Source of the DNA: Bacillota bacterium
GTDB lineage: Bacteria; Bacillota; Clostridia; Acetivibrionales; DSM-1351
Direction of reading: 5' to 3'
Assembly: GCA_023397905.1 (NCBI GenBank)
Contig: JAEWSZ010000009.1
Coordinates: 10,048-74,047, forward strand
DNA length: 64,000 bases
The stretch's first letter is position 1. Each line of letters begins with the position of its first letter. The translations under genes and the position numbers were made by a program. The notes beneath the pieces are model-generated. The model searched no databases. It was given only the letters and a program-made list of their open reading frames with translations, and was not told the DNA's origin. Of this stretch, positions 36,471-46,480 are shown piece after piece.

Positions 36471-37970
36471 TTACAAATTTTTTATAAAATATGAAGGCGG
36501 AACACCTTTTACGTTTTTAAATACCGTACTAAAATATAGTGGATTTTCAAATCCCAGGGAAGCTGCTATATCCTTTATTAGTACATCAGGATTCTGCTGC
36601 ATCATTTGGATAGCTCTTTCAATCTTTGTCTTTAAAACATATTCTTTAAATGAGCAGCCTGCTTGCATGCGAAAAATTTTACTTACATATGGTTGGCTAA
36701 TACCAAATAAATCGCATATCTCATTTAAAAATAAGCTTTTGCCAATATTCTCATTTATATACTGAGATATGTAGTCAAACATAATTTTCATACTATCTTT
36801 CTGATGTCTTTTCTGTTCAAATGATATTTGTGCTATACCCTGTATTAATTCCCAAGTACCTGACATCAATTCTCCATAAGTTCTTGCATATTGAAAAATT
36901 TCCTGCATTTCTTTCAATATGTTATCAAATATGTTTTCTTTCTTTTCAGATACGCAAAGTTTCCAAATAAATGCATATAATTTTTTCCTAATGCAGTTTC
37001 TTGAGTTTTTTTGCTGTTCAAACAAGGAAAACATAGTAATATAATCTTTTTTTAATTCATTCCACATGCCAAAAGCCAGGCTTTGATATAAAGCTTTTTC
37101 TATATTTTGTATCAGAACTGTATCGCTTTCAATATGTTCGTTATCTTCCAGATAGAAAACTTGTAAGTCTTCATATCCTATATTTTTTTCCAGTTTGCAA
37201 TACATATTTTTAATAATCGCAATACTTTCGGAAAGCGGATAATCTTTATTAGTTACAACTGCATATAATGCCCGACCTTCTTTCTGAAATTGTCTGCCAA
37301 CAATATCTATATATTTATTTACATAGAACGCAATGTCCTTATGATGACTGCAACCAATTATTATGCATAGCACATCCTTATAATGGAATACACATACTTG
37401 ATTATACTCAAAAAGCGCATTCAAATTGGATATAATTTTTTCTTTTTTTCCAGTCTCATACGATATATCATTCCAATGCAGCAATAAAATTTCTGCATAA
37501 GGAAAGCGGAAATATTTATCCTGCAGCTCTTGATTCCAAACACCTTCTTCTAATACATTCTGAAAGTGATATTCTGCCTGATTGCGGTAATCGGACAATA
37601 ATTTAGCCTTAATACTGCTGAATACATTCTTTATCTGTTCCTCATCCAGAGGCTTTAATAAGTATTCATACACAGACATTTTTAAAGCTTCCTGAGCATA
37701 CTCAAAAATTTTAAATCCGCTAATTATAACCGATATAACTTGAGGTCTCTTCTGTTTGGCTTCCTTTATCAATTCCAGACCATTTTTACCTGGCATTTGT
37801 ATATCTGTTACTAAAATGTCCAGATTAATTTTTTCAATTTCAGCAAGACCATCATATGCATCCTCACATACGGCAACTACTTTGAAACCTTTCATTTCCT
37901 CAAGCACACTTTTTATAAATCTTGCTATGGGCGGTTCGTCTTCAACTATAATGACGGTTAAATCAATCAT
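36471..37970 (-). CDS. YesN-like response regulator (receiver plus AraC HTH)
   Basis: IIVEDE, TDIQMP, EYLLKP; GFENPLYFSTVFK. Confidence 0.92.
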   Translation of the reverse strand: MIDLTVIIVEDEPPIARFIKSVLEEMKGFKVVAVCEDAYDGLAEIEKINLDILVTDIQMPGKNGLELIKEAKQKRPQVISVIISGFKIFEYAQEALKMSVYEYLLKPLDEEQIKNVFSSIKAKLLSDYRNQAEYHFQNVLEEGVWNQELQDKYFRFPYAEILLLHWNDISYETGKKEKIISNLNALFEYNQVCVFHYKDVLCIIIGCSHHKDIAFYVNKYIDIVGRQFQKEGRALYAVVTNKDYPLSESIAIIKNMYCKLEKNIGYEDLQVFYLEDNEHIESDTVLIQNIEKALYQSLAFGMWNELKKDYITMFSLFEQQKNSRNCIRKKLYAFIWKLCVSEKKENIFDNILKEMQEIFQYARTYGELMSGTWELIQGIAQISFEQKRHQKDSMKIMFDYISQYINENIGKSLFLNEICDLFGISQPYVSKIFRMQAGCSFKEYVLKTKIERAIQMMQQNPDVLIKDIAASLGFENPLYFSTVFKNVKGVPPSYFIKNL

Positions 37971-39778
37971 GGCTCATCCTCCAAATCCGAGCTCAATATA
38001 ATATAAGCTCCACCATCTGCTCTATTACCAAATTCATATTTGATTTTTCCATGAAAAAAAATATGAAGACGCATAATAGTATTTGCAATTCCCATTTCGC
38101 TGTTATCCTTTCTAAGTTGCTTGAATTCTTCAAAGTTAAGTCCTTGCCGGATATTTCTGTCTATTTCCTCCAAAGCGTCTCTGGAAAATCCCTCACCATT
38201 ATCCGCAATTACAACTTTCCAGATATTATTCTCAGCATGGGCCATTATTTTTACATTTAAATCCTTATGTTCTTTACCAAACCCATATTTAATTGCGTTT
38301 TCCACAAAAGGCTGCAGTGTCAAACGTGGAATACGTTGATTTTTCAGTTGAGTATCCATATTTATTTCAAAATTCAGTTTATGCTCGTATCTGATCTTCA
38401 GTAAGTTCAGATAACAATTTACATTATCAAATTCTTCTTCAAAAGTGGCATATTCTTTCGGATTGGAAATGGAATACTTGAGTAGTTTTGCCAGAGAACT
38501 GCAAGCTTCTGCAACAGATCTGCTTCCTCCTTCAATTCCCATAATCCCTATAACACTTAAAGTATTGTATATAAAATGAGGATTCATCTGGGATTGTAAA
38601 GTTCTAAAATGTTCCTCATATTGAAGATTCTGATACTTTATTTCCTTTTGTACCATATCTGATATGCGTATCTGCATATCATAAAAAGATTTGCTTAATT
38701 CTTCAATCTCTTCATATTCATTCTGCAATAATATTTCAGGCTTCTGATCAACTTCTTCCAATGTCATGCTTTTCATTTGATTGGACAGTTCAATCATAGG
38801 TCTTGCAAATTGTTTTGATATATAAGTGTAGCAAAATAATACAATAGCCAGAACGATCAAAACAGCTATCACAATTGGCTGCATATCTTTAATTAAGCTT
38901 TTGGTAATAGATAGAGTAGGTTTATAAACATATACCTTCCAGCCTGTCTTTTCAGAGGCAGATATGCTGGCAATCTGGCTCTCTCCTGTGTAAGGATTTT
39001 TTTTAATTAGGTTATTATCGTCTATTTTTAAAGAACCATAAAAATTATATACTTCACTGCCAATATTTTGTGATGAATAAATTAATTTATTATCTGAATC
39101 TAAAACCAGGAGTTCAAAATCAGCATCCAATGTATCCCATATATACTTAAAATTTTCTTCAAAAGATTGTACCTCCAGATATCCGATTGTACGCCCCGGA
39201 TCACGTACTGTCCTTGCCATTGAAATAACATTTTTTTCTCCGTCAAAAAAAGTATCTTTGTGTAATGGAAGTATTAATTCTCCGCCGCGCAAATCATTTG
39301 CTTTATCTATCCAATCCAGCCTTTTTATCTCCTCGTCCTTTATTTTATAGCCATAATTATAATCAAAACCATAGCCATAATTGGTTGCGAAATAGCCCTG
39401 CTGATTAAAAAAAACAACCTGAAATGATGTTTTGTATAACGCATAAGATAACAATGTATTCTTAATTATCTGAAAATTATCTTTTAATGTAAGTTCATCT
39501 TCATCATTGTTGTAGAGAACCTTGGCTGAGTTTACAAAATCATTTCTGCTTAAAATATCCAACGAGACAAAGGATAAATCATCCATGTAATTGTCCAATT
39601 GAGTCACAATGCTTTCCGCATTTAATTTTTCTCTCACAATTGTGGTATTCAGGATAGACTGATAATTTACTACAATAAATCCTAAAAAGCAAATAATGAA
39701 AAAAGGTATTATGATTTTTAATGAAGACTTTAACAATTTAGCAGAAAATTTTATTTTTTTCTTCATACCGATAATCAC
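37967..39778 (-). CDS. YesM-like sensor histidine kinase
   Basis: LQSQMNPHFIYNTL, LQPFVENAIKYG, DNGEG; two TM helices. Confidence 0.92.
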   Translation of the reverse strand: MIIGMKKKIKFSAKLLKSSLKIIIPFFIICFLGFIVVNYQSILNTTIVREKLNAESIVTQLDNYMDDLSFVSLDILSRNDFVNSAKVLYNNDEDELTLKDNFQIIKNTLLSYALYKTSFQVVFFNQQGYFATNYGYGFDYNYGYKIKDEEIKRLDWIDKANDLRGGELILPLHKDTFFDGEKNVISMARTVRDPGRTIGYLEVQSFEENFKYIWDTLDADFELLVLDSDNKLIYSSQNIGSEVYNFYGSLKIDDNNLIKKNPYTGESQIASISASEKTGWKVYVYKPTLSITKSLIKDMQPIVIAVLIVLAIVLFCYTYISKQFARPMIELSNQMKSMTLEEVDQKPEILLQNEYEEIEELSKSFYDMQIRISDMVQKEIKYQNLQYEEHFRTLQSQMNPHFIYNTLSVIGIMGIEGGSRSVAEACSSLAKLLKYSISNPKEYATFEEEFDNVNCYLNLLKIRYEHKLNFEINMDTQLKNQRIPRLTLQPFVENAIKYGFGKEHKDLNVKIMAHAENNIWKVVIADNGEGFSRDALEEIDRNIRQGLNFEEFKQLRKDNSEMGIANTIMRLHIFFHGKIKYEFGNRADGGAYIILSSDLEDEP

Positions 39779-39797
39779 CTTTTGTATAGATAGTTTT

Positions 39798-39838
39798 CTA
39801 TAGCGGATTGAGGATTATTTACAATAATCCGCTATAGC
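39798..39838. terminator. Hairpin between the glycosidase and kinase genes
   Basis: Perfect 12-bp IR CTATAGCGGATT/AATCCGCTATAG without a strong U tract. Confidence 0.45.
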
Positions 39839-39853
39839 TAGTTACAAAACGTC

Positions 39854-42800
39854 TTAGCCTTCTGAAATATAAATAATAGGTGCCGTTAATATACCTGTTT
39901 CCCTCATTTGATATTCGTAGCTCCATGAATTTTCTACCGTTCGCCATGTTTTGGGACCGTAATACTGTTCAAATCTATTACAGTTATGCAACTGGCCAAA
40001 CATTGCAAAACGATTGCCATACAATGTCAATTCAACAGCAAACTTACCTGCCTGAACATGTCCGCAATTTAACCGATATGGCGAAAGCATTATGTTTCCT
40101 TTGGTATCTCCATTCACTTTAATCTCTACTAAAGCTCCTTTATATTGAGGTATCTCAATAATCAACTCCCCTTTCGGCACTTCTACAGACAAGGTATAAC
40201 TTATATTTCCACTATAAAAACTTAATCCTTGCCTCGTAATATCGCCGAAATACAACATCTTAGCCGGTTTTGTTATTAAACATTTATCCCCTGTCACATT
40301 TACTCCAAAATCCCCTAAAATGTAGCACCATTCAACATCTGTTTTTCTGCCGAAAGGAATCTTAAGCACAAGCTGATTCATTCCCTTTCTAATAGCAGAC
40401 AATTTAATAACGCGGAAACACTTATCTACAAAGAAGGTGTCACTTTTTTCAGTCATAATTTCCTGATTCCATTCCACAATGACGTCTTTTCCCTCATATG
40501 CCAGTTCAGCTCCCTCCATATCAATCTCTGATTCTATATCAAAGAAGCATTTCAATACATACTCACCCGTACTTTCCTCTGGAGACAACCATGGCTGTGG
40601 AAAACTATCAGTCCTCAACTGATAGCCCGCATGCTTTCTAACTTCATTATCAACTCTCAGCAACTCTTCTTTCTCATAGATTTCGCTGTCATCTATTTGG
40701 TAACGAGCCATATCCAATAACAATACATTCTTCTCTGACAGCTTATATTTGCATGGTTGATTCAAATGTTTTATAAAAGAATACTTTTTGCTATACCTTG
40801 CCGGCATCAATTCTCTCGCCTCATCTATGGCTGAATTTACCATATCCTTTTTAAACAACCTGAATAGCATGCTGTCATGATCATGTACTGCCCTGTCTAT
40901 ATATGTCTTCCCATTTTTGAATACAGTTGATACTTGCTGCTTAGTGCCAGTCATAGTATCATAAGTCCATACCTCGTAGTTCCCCTTAACAATTATGGTA
41001 CAATGTGTTTCCGACGGCAGTTTCAATGAATCAACCGGTTTTCCCTGTGCTACGAATAACCATTTGCATTCATCTTCTTCTCTCAATTGATGAATAAAAT
41101 TCTCATTTCTTGAACCATTTTTGTTTATTATATCTACCTGCCGGTAAGAATCTAATTCATAAAGCAATTCATATTTGGCATGACCAATGATATTATCCCT
41201 AAAGAAAAGGTCCTTAAATTTACAATTGCAGTCTCCATCAATGATTTGTGGCGTATGACCCATAAATATAATCTTGCCGCCATTTTCTTTATGCTTCTTG
41301 AGCATCTCAATTGTGCTTTGACGAATAGTAATTAAGTCCGGCACAACAATAACTTCATATTTCATTTCACCTATCTGTGTAAGTTTTTCCTTTGATCCTT
41401 TATATAATTCCTGTATAGAAGATTCTGCAATAAAATCAAAATCCAGATTAGAAAACAGAAGCCAGTTAATTATTGAATCAAAGTTTTCCTGTAAACGGTT
41501 TCGCTTTTGCCTGGTCTGGCTATCCGGCCCCCAGCATATCCAATAGCTCTCTATAGGATGGATCACACCTATATGAACATCAGGGATTCCTCTTGTCATG
41601 CAGACATTCACTCTTGAAAAGTGGTCTTCAATCAAATGGTATTTTTTGTACCATGGAGAATGTGCATCTATTGGAGCTGGGTAATCCCTTTTTGCTTCAC
41701 CGTTCATCCTCATCCAGCTGAGATGAGGGACCCTAACGCTTACACCCATTGCCGCCTGCCAATCCCCTTGCAGTTTGTATCCCCTGAAATCAAAATCCCA
41801 GTTGGTAACTCCATACAACTCACTCATCACTCCAGATCTTCCGTATTGTCTGGACGAACTTTGTGCCTGTTTGGCAGTACTGTATTCATAGCGGTTTGCC
41901 AGTATATCTATTCCCGGAAGCTGAAAACTACGATATGCACGCATTGCTTCTCCAAGAGCTCTGGTCTGTGATTCCAGAGTAGGTTCTTCCATCATATGCC
42001 CGGTCAACATAATATCATGTTGTTTACACCAGCCACCCAATGTATCTGCATAGGCTTTTGCAAAACGTTCCGTGATATGCTCATGATACCAGTAACGTAT
42101 CTGCGAAACCTGATCGTGTTCCAGTTCCCAGAATATTTCAGGGAGACTTTCCATAAGACTATGATCGAATTTATCCCGAAAGGATTCCTCTATATCATCC
42201 GTATATGGAATTCCAATTTCTTGCTTACTATCAGCATCTATTAAATTTTGCTTCATGACAAACTGTGGTTCATCCGTAAAAATAGCTGGTATAGTTCTAG
42301 AGAATTCGTTTCCCAACGACTTATAATATTTTTCATAAGTTACTTCAACAAACTTTTCAATGGCCTCTTTATTGAGAGTATCCACATAAGACTGATTATT
42401 AAACCATGGCAGATCTTTTGAAACAATCCGGTAGGCATACCAGATATTATCCTGACAGGTATCATTTTCATCTAATTTTCTGTAATAATGTAAATAGCCA
42501 TCTTTTAATATGACTTGATATTTTTCAAGTAAAGTCAGCATGCCATCAATACCAAGGCGATTTTCCTGTGGTATTTTCCGCTCGTAATAACCGTTCTTAT
42601 GGAAAAAAGGTGAAAAAAGCAAACACCTGCTCCGGAAATCATGATTTTTTGTGACATATCCTCCACCAAAGCCTGAAGGCCATTTATCTTCATCATAAAG
42701 CCATGTCAGCATTTCCATTTTCTCGGCTTTCTTATTGCACTTCTTAATGTAATTTAAAAATTCTTCGCTCATGTATGGCGTATCTAGGCCTATTCTGGAA

Positions 42801-42970
42801 TGTATATGAAAACCGCCCATGCCCATTTCTTTAAAAACATCTATCTGTTCATTCATGTCTTCCCAATTCAGTTTTGTATTCCAAGCCCAGAAAGGCGCTG
42901 CTCTGTACTCTGCCGAAGGTTTATAAAAAAGAGCATCATCAAACATCTTTTTATTCTTTTCATATAACAT
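39854..42970 (-). CDS. Large cytoplasmic glycoside hydrolase, GH106-like (alpha-L-rhamnosidase-related; specificity unproven)
   Basis: PFWAWN, GMGGFHIHSR, WLYDEDKWPSG, AIFTDEP, LPGIDIL, MSELYG; C-terminal beta-sandwich (FYSGNISY); no signal peptide. Confidence 0.7.
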   Translation of the reverse strand: MLYEKNKKMFDDALFYKPSAEYRAAPFWAWNTKLNWEDMNEQIDVFKEMGMGGFHIHSRIGLDTPYMSEEFLNYIKKCNKKAEKMEMLTWLYDEDKWPSGFGGGYVTKNHDFRSRCLLFSPFFHKNGYYERKIPQENRLGIDGMLTLLEKYQVILKDGYLHYYRKLDENDTCQDNIWYAYRIVSKDLPWFNNQSYVDTLNKEAIEKFVEVTYEKYYKSLGNEFSRTIPAIFTDEPQFVMKQNLIDADSKQEIGIPYTDDIEESFRDKFDHSLMESLPEIFWELEHDQVSQIRYWYHEHITERFAKAYADTLGGWCKQHDIMLTGHMMEEPTLESQTRALGEAMRAYRSFQLPGIDILANRYEYSTAKQAQSSSRQYGRSGVMSELYGVTNWDFDFRGYKLQGDWQAAMGVSVRVPHLSWMRMNGEAKRDYPAPIDAHSPWYKKYHLIEDHFSRVNVCMTRGIPDVHIGVIHPIESYWICWGPDSQTRQKRNRLQENFDSIINWLLFSNLDFDFIAESSIQELYKGSKEKLTQIGEMKYEVIVVPDLITIRQSTIEMLKKHKENGGKIIFMGHTPQIIDGDCNCKFKDLFFRDNIIGHAKYELLYELDSYRQVDIINKNGSRNENFIHQLREEDECKWLFVAQGKPVDSLKLPSETHCTIIVKGNYEVWTYDTMTGTKQQVSTVFKNGKTYIDRAVHDHDSMLFRLFKKDMVNSAIDEARELMPARYSKKYSFIKHLNQPCKYKLSEKNVLLLDMARYQIDDSEIYEKEELLRVDNEVRKHAGYQLRTDSFPQPWLSPEESTGEYVLKCFFDIESEIDMEGAELAYEGKDVIVEWNQEIMTEKSDTFFVDKCFRVIKLSAIRKGMNQLVLKIPFGRKTDVEWCYILGDFGVNVTGDKCLITKPAKMLYFGDITRQGLSFYSGNISYTLSVEVPKGELIIEIPQYKGALVEIKVNGDTKGNIMLSPYRLNCGHVQAGKFAVELTLYGNRFAMFGQLHNCNRFEQYYGPKTWRTVENSWSYEYQMRETGILTAPIIYISEG

Positions 42971-43014
42971 TTACCCTGTATCCTCCTATAAAAATTTCCG
43001 TTAAGATGATCCAA

Positions 43015-43851
43015 TTATCCTTTAACAGCTCCTATTGTCATACCTTCCAATATTTTTCTATTTAACAAAATATATAATATTAAGGGAGGCAGAGATATAA
43101 TTACAATAGCAGCAAATAAATATCCCCATTGACTGGTAAATGTACCTTGGAATAAATATACACAGAGCTGAACCGTGCTATTTTTAGCCCCAGGCAGAAA
43201 ATACATCGGATTTGCAAAATCATTATATACAATCACACTGCGTAATATAATTATAGCTATTGTTATCGGTTTCAACAACGGGAAAATAATATTTATAAAT
43301 AGACGTATCGTTCCACATCCGTCTATTATAGCGGCTTCATCAATTTCTGTCTGAATGGTCAATAAAAAATTTCTATATAGCATAACCGAAAACGGAAACA
43401 TAGTAGCCACTTCTACTAAAATCAAGCCGAATAAAGTATTAGATATATTCATTATCGATAGCACCCAGTATGTGGGAATAATCGCCGGTGGTACAATTAA
43501 ACCTGCCAATATTAAATAATTGCTGGTCCGCATAATTTTTCCCTTACGGCGGGCAAGTATAAAAGCAGTCATTGAAGATAATATTACTAATATACCAATG
43601 GAGAAAAAAGTCAATTTTATACTATTCCATAATGATCGTACAAAAATCCCTTCGTTATAAGTAAAAATATATTTATAGTTTTTTATAATCTGCCAATCCT
43701 TCGGAAATAATAAAGTCATCTTTCCTGCTTCAGCATTTGATTTGAAGGAATTGATAACTACAAAATAAAACACAAGTAGAAAAAAAACTATTGAAGCTAT
43801 AATTGCTAGAACTTCTCCGATCCTACTTGATATACTCCTTTTTACAACCAT
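43015..43851 (-). CDS. Carbohydrate ABC transporter permease (MalG-like)
   Basis: EIDEAAIIDGC; C-terminal GMTIGAVKG. Confidence 0.92.
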   Translation of the reverse strand: MVVKRSISSRIGEVLAIIASIVFFLLVFYFVVINSFKSNAEAGKMTLLFPKDWQIIKNYKYIFTYNEGIFVRSLWNSIKLTFFSIGILVILSSMTAFILARRKGKIMRTSNYLILAGLIVPPAIIPTYWVLSIMNISNTLFGLILVEVATMFPFSVMLYRNFLLTIQTEIDEAAIIDGCGTIRLFINIIFPLLKPITIAIIILRSVIVYNDFANPMYFLPGAKNSTVQLCVYLFQGTFTSQWGYLFAAIVIISLPPLILYILLNRKILEGMTIGAVKG

Positions 43852-44717
43852 TACAATTCCTCCTCCCTTTTTGAAATCAATGTATTAATTGGAAATATAA
43901 TTACTGCGACAATAATAAATATTATTACATTTCCTGCTGTAGACAATCCGTACTGACCGTTTGCAAATAATTTATAAACTGCAGAGCCTAACACTTCTGT
44001 AGCATATCCAGGGCCTCCCTGTGTCAAGGTCCAGACTAATTCATAGGACCTAAGCCCACCAATCAAAGATAGAGTCAGAACTGAATTAATGGAGGTCAAA
44101 CACAGCGGCAGTGTTATAAATCTGAATTGTTGATACCCGGATGCTCCGTCTATTACCGCCGCTTCATAATAACTTTGCGGGATGGCACTGATACCTGCAA
44201 TATAGATTATTATCGATACCCCTATACCTTTCCAGACATCCACAAGAATTACCGATAGCATAGCCATATTTTCATCTGTTAACCAGTTAATTTTGGGTCC
44301 ATTTAATGAGGTAATCATCATATTTATCAGACCCTTGCTCGGATGCATTAAACTGCTGAATGCAACTCCAACTGCCACAAAACCCAGTAGGTTCGGAAAA
44401 AATAAAACGCTTTTTAAATAGCCTGCGGAGCGTATTCCGCTGCAAAGAAATACCGCAATCAATATTCCCAAAATCACTTTGGATAAACTGGTTGAAAATG
44501 CATAAATAAATGTATTTGCAATGCTTATTTTTAAATTCGGCTGTAGCAAAAAGGTTTTAAAATTATCCAATCTTATGAAATCTGCCTCTTTAAGATTCCA
44601 TCTTGTCAATGAAAAATAGAAAGATGCAAACGTTGGTATAACAAATATAATGATATAGACTAATGCTCCAGGTAACGCAATGCAATAATTGTAAACCTTT
44701 TTATATATGTTTCCCAT
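43851..44717 (-). CDS. Carbohydrate ABC transporter permease (MalF-like)
   Basis: WKGIG, YYEAAVIDGA, LTQGGPG. Confidence 0.92.
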   Translation of the reverse strand: MGNIYKKVYNYCIALPGALVYIIIFVIPTFASFYFSLTRWNLKEADFIRLDNFKTFLLQPNLKISIANTFIYAFSTSLSKVILGILIAVFLCSGIRSAGYLKSVLFFPNLLGFVAVGVAFSSLMHPSKGLINMMITSLNGPKINWLTDENMAMLSVILVDVWKGIGVSIIIYIAGISAIPQSYYEAAVIDGASGYQQFRFITLPLCLTSINSVLTLSLIGGLRSYELVWTLTQGGPGYATEVLGSAVYKLFANGQYGLSTAGNVIIFIIVAVIIFPINTLISKREEEL

Positions 44718-44747
44718 ATGTTTCCTTTCCCGAAATTATATTCATAT

Positions 44748-44787
44748 TTTAAACAGACTGCCTCTGTAACAAGGCAGTCTATTTAAA
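44748..44787 (-). promoter_or_regulatory. Stem-loop 3' of the SBP gene
   Basis: 16-bp stem TTTAAATAGACTGCCT/AGGCAGTCTGTTTAAA, with a G-U pair on the transcribed strand. Confidence 0.6.
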
Positions 44788-44834
44788 CTTATAGTTACAA
44801 GAATTTTCTCATCGGACATGACTAAGCTCTTCGC

Positions 44835-46166
44835 CTAGTTGTTCCAGTCCTTTAAGCCTAATTGTTTTGCTGAAATTTTATTATCTTCTTCAATCTTTTT
44901 GGCGGCCTCTTCCGGTGTAATTTTTCCCGCTGCTACCTGCGAACAGATTGTAGCCTGGTTGGATCCCTTTATCGGGCAAAAGAATTCCATTGCCGGTGAA
45001 GATGCTTTTGTCACCCATTCCTGTGCTTCAATCAAAGCCGGATAACTGTCAGCCGGCAGTGTAATATTTTTAATAAGAAAAGCTCCTGACGGTTTGATAA
45101 CTGAAGTATATGCGTCTACATAATCTTTTGAAGCAACAAACCCAAAAAGTTTTTTAGCAAGTTCTGGACTGGAAGCATTTTGGGTAATGACGAATGCCGG
45201 AGGCATCCATGTTGTTACTCCTCTAACAGAAGCATCTTTGTCAGGCAACGGAAAGAATCCTATATCATTTATTGCTTCCGGATTTTGAGTTGCAATGACG
45301 CCTAGAATATTTGATCTGATTATAAAATGTGCTGCAGTTCCTTCCGCAAGCATAGAAGCTGCATCTTCATTTGAAGTAGACAAATAATCCTCGTTTAAGT
45401 ATCCTTTTTTTACAACATCATACATTTTCCCAAACCCTCGCACAAAAACCTCCGTGTTTGACAGAGACACCTTATTCGCAGTGTAATCCTCAGCAAAATT
45501 TGGAAATTCCTTCTGAACATAATAGTAATTTCCGAGGAATGGAATCTGTGAAAGTCCTACATTTTCATATGGCGCAACAATTGGATCATTTCCTGATTTT
45601 TTTATCTTCTCACAATTATTCAAAAATTCATTCCAAGTCGTAGGGATACTCAGGTCTAATTTTTCATATAATTTTTTATTGTAGTACACACCAGCAACAT
45701 TTGATGTTGATACTGGTACTCCAAAAACTCCTCCGTTTATGGTAACCGCTTTAATATATCCACTATCAATGTTATCCAGAAAACTCTCTCCTTTAATATC
45801 TATAAGGTTTTCTTCTGGAGCAAGTTCCTGTAGCTTTGCACCAACAGAACTCATAAGAATATCCGGTAGGCTATTGGTTGCTATTCTGATTTTTATTATA
45901 TTTTCACCATCATCTCCGCCCGGTGTCTGTTCAACCTCTACATTTACCGCATATTTTTTTTCAAATACAGAGAACGCATTTGAAATTGCATCCATATCAT
46001 CAGGTTTAGCCATCAATATGGATAATTTCTGTTCTGTTTTACCTTTTGTATTTGTTACGGTATTTTCAGCATTCCCTGAAGAATCTTCTGCAGAAGCTCC
46101 GCAACCGGCAAGTAATCCCAAGGATAAAGAAAGTGTTAAAATGACAGATAATACTTTTCTTTTCAT
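44835..46166 (-). CDS. ABC transporter sugar-binding lipoprotein
   Basis: Lipobox LLAGC; YYNKKLYEKLDLSIPTTWNEF; GFFPLP. Confidence 0.92.
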   Translation of the reverse strand: MKRKVLSVILTLSLSLGLLAGCGASAEDSSGNAENTVTNTKGKTEQKLSILMAKPDDMDAISNAFSVFEKKYAVNVEVEQTPGGDDGENIIKIRIATNSLPDILMSSVGAKLQELAPEENLIDIKGESFLDNIDSGYIKAVTINGGVFGVPVSTSNVAGVYYNKKLYEKLDLSIPTTWNEFLNNCEKIKKSGNDPIVAPYENVGLSQIPFLGNYYYVQKEFPNFAEDYTANKVSLSNTEVFVRGFGKMYDVVKKGYLNEDYLSTSNEDAASMLAEGTAAHFIIRSNILGVIATQNPEAINDIGFFPLPDKDASVRGVTTWMPPAFVITQNASSPELAKKLFGFVASKDYVDAYTSVIKPSGAFLIKNITLPADSYPALIEAQEWVTKASSPAMEFFCPIKGSNQATICSQVAAGKITPEEAAKKIEEDNKISAKQLGLKDWNN

Positions 46167-46241
46167 AATGTACCTCCCAAATTATTTTTTAGACTAATAT
46201 TAGCTTCAATGGCACTATAATATCAAATCATTAAAAACAAA

Positions 46242-46275
46242 AACATATTAAAAGCAATACATGAACATATAAAAA
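46242..46275 (-). promoter_or_regulatory. Candidate AraC-type activator direct repeat upstream of the island operon
   Basis: AACATATTAAAA and AACATATAAAAA 22 bp apart, just upstream of a -10-like TATTAT/TATAGT on the minus strand. Confidence 0.4.
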
Positions 46276-46416
46276 TAAAATGATTTCATTTTATTTTCAC
46301 AAATTTTAAAATAATTGATTATTATACGTATATTTACTTATCATTATAAAGAAAAGTTCTTGGAGAATATAATGATCGCCTTTGATCAGGAAGTTGTCGC
46401 TTTATTACACTTTATC

Positions 46417-46462
46417 AAAAAAGGCTTTTTAAAAAATTTTTTTAATTTTTTAAAAAGCCTTT
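46417..46462 (-). terminator. Terminator after recJ at the island edge
   Basis: Perfect 19-bp IR AAAGGCTTTTTAAAAAATT/AATTTTTTAAAAAGCCTTT with a T tract. Confidence 0.65.
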
Positions 46463-46480
46463 GACTACTATTATCTACTT

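Larger units (their letters stand above)
34500..46420. other. AT-rich carbohydrate-utilisation island between recJ and apt
   Basis: Abrupt shift to AT-rich codon usage over 7 genes, splitting the usual recJ-apt adjacency. Boundaries approximate; no mobility gene. Confidence 0.75.

Noticed and set aside
21230..46166. Missing ATPase genes in both sugar ABC operons
   Set aside because: Normal in Firmicutes, where a shared MsmX/MsmK-type ATPase is encoded elsewhere.
46372..46464. 30-codon plus-strand ORF after GGAGA (MIAFDQEVV...)
   Set aside because: It runs through a low-complexity terminator palindrome and is probably chance.
34500..46480. att-like direct repeats at the island ends
   Set aside because: No shared sequence found by eye between the two boundaries.
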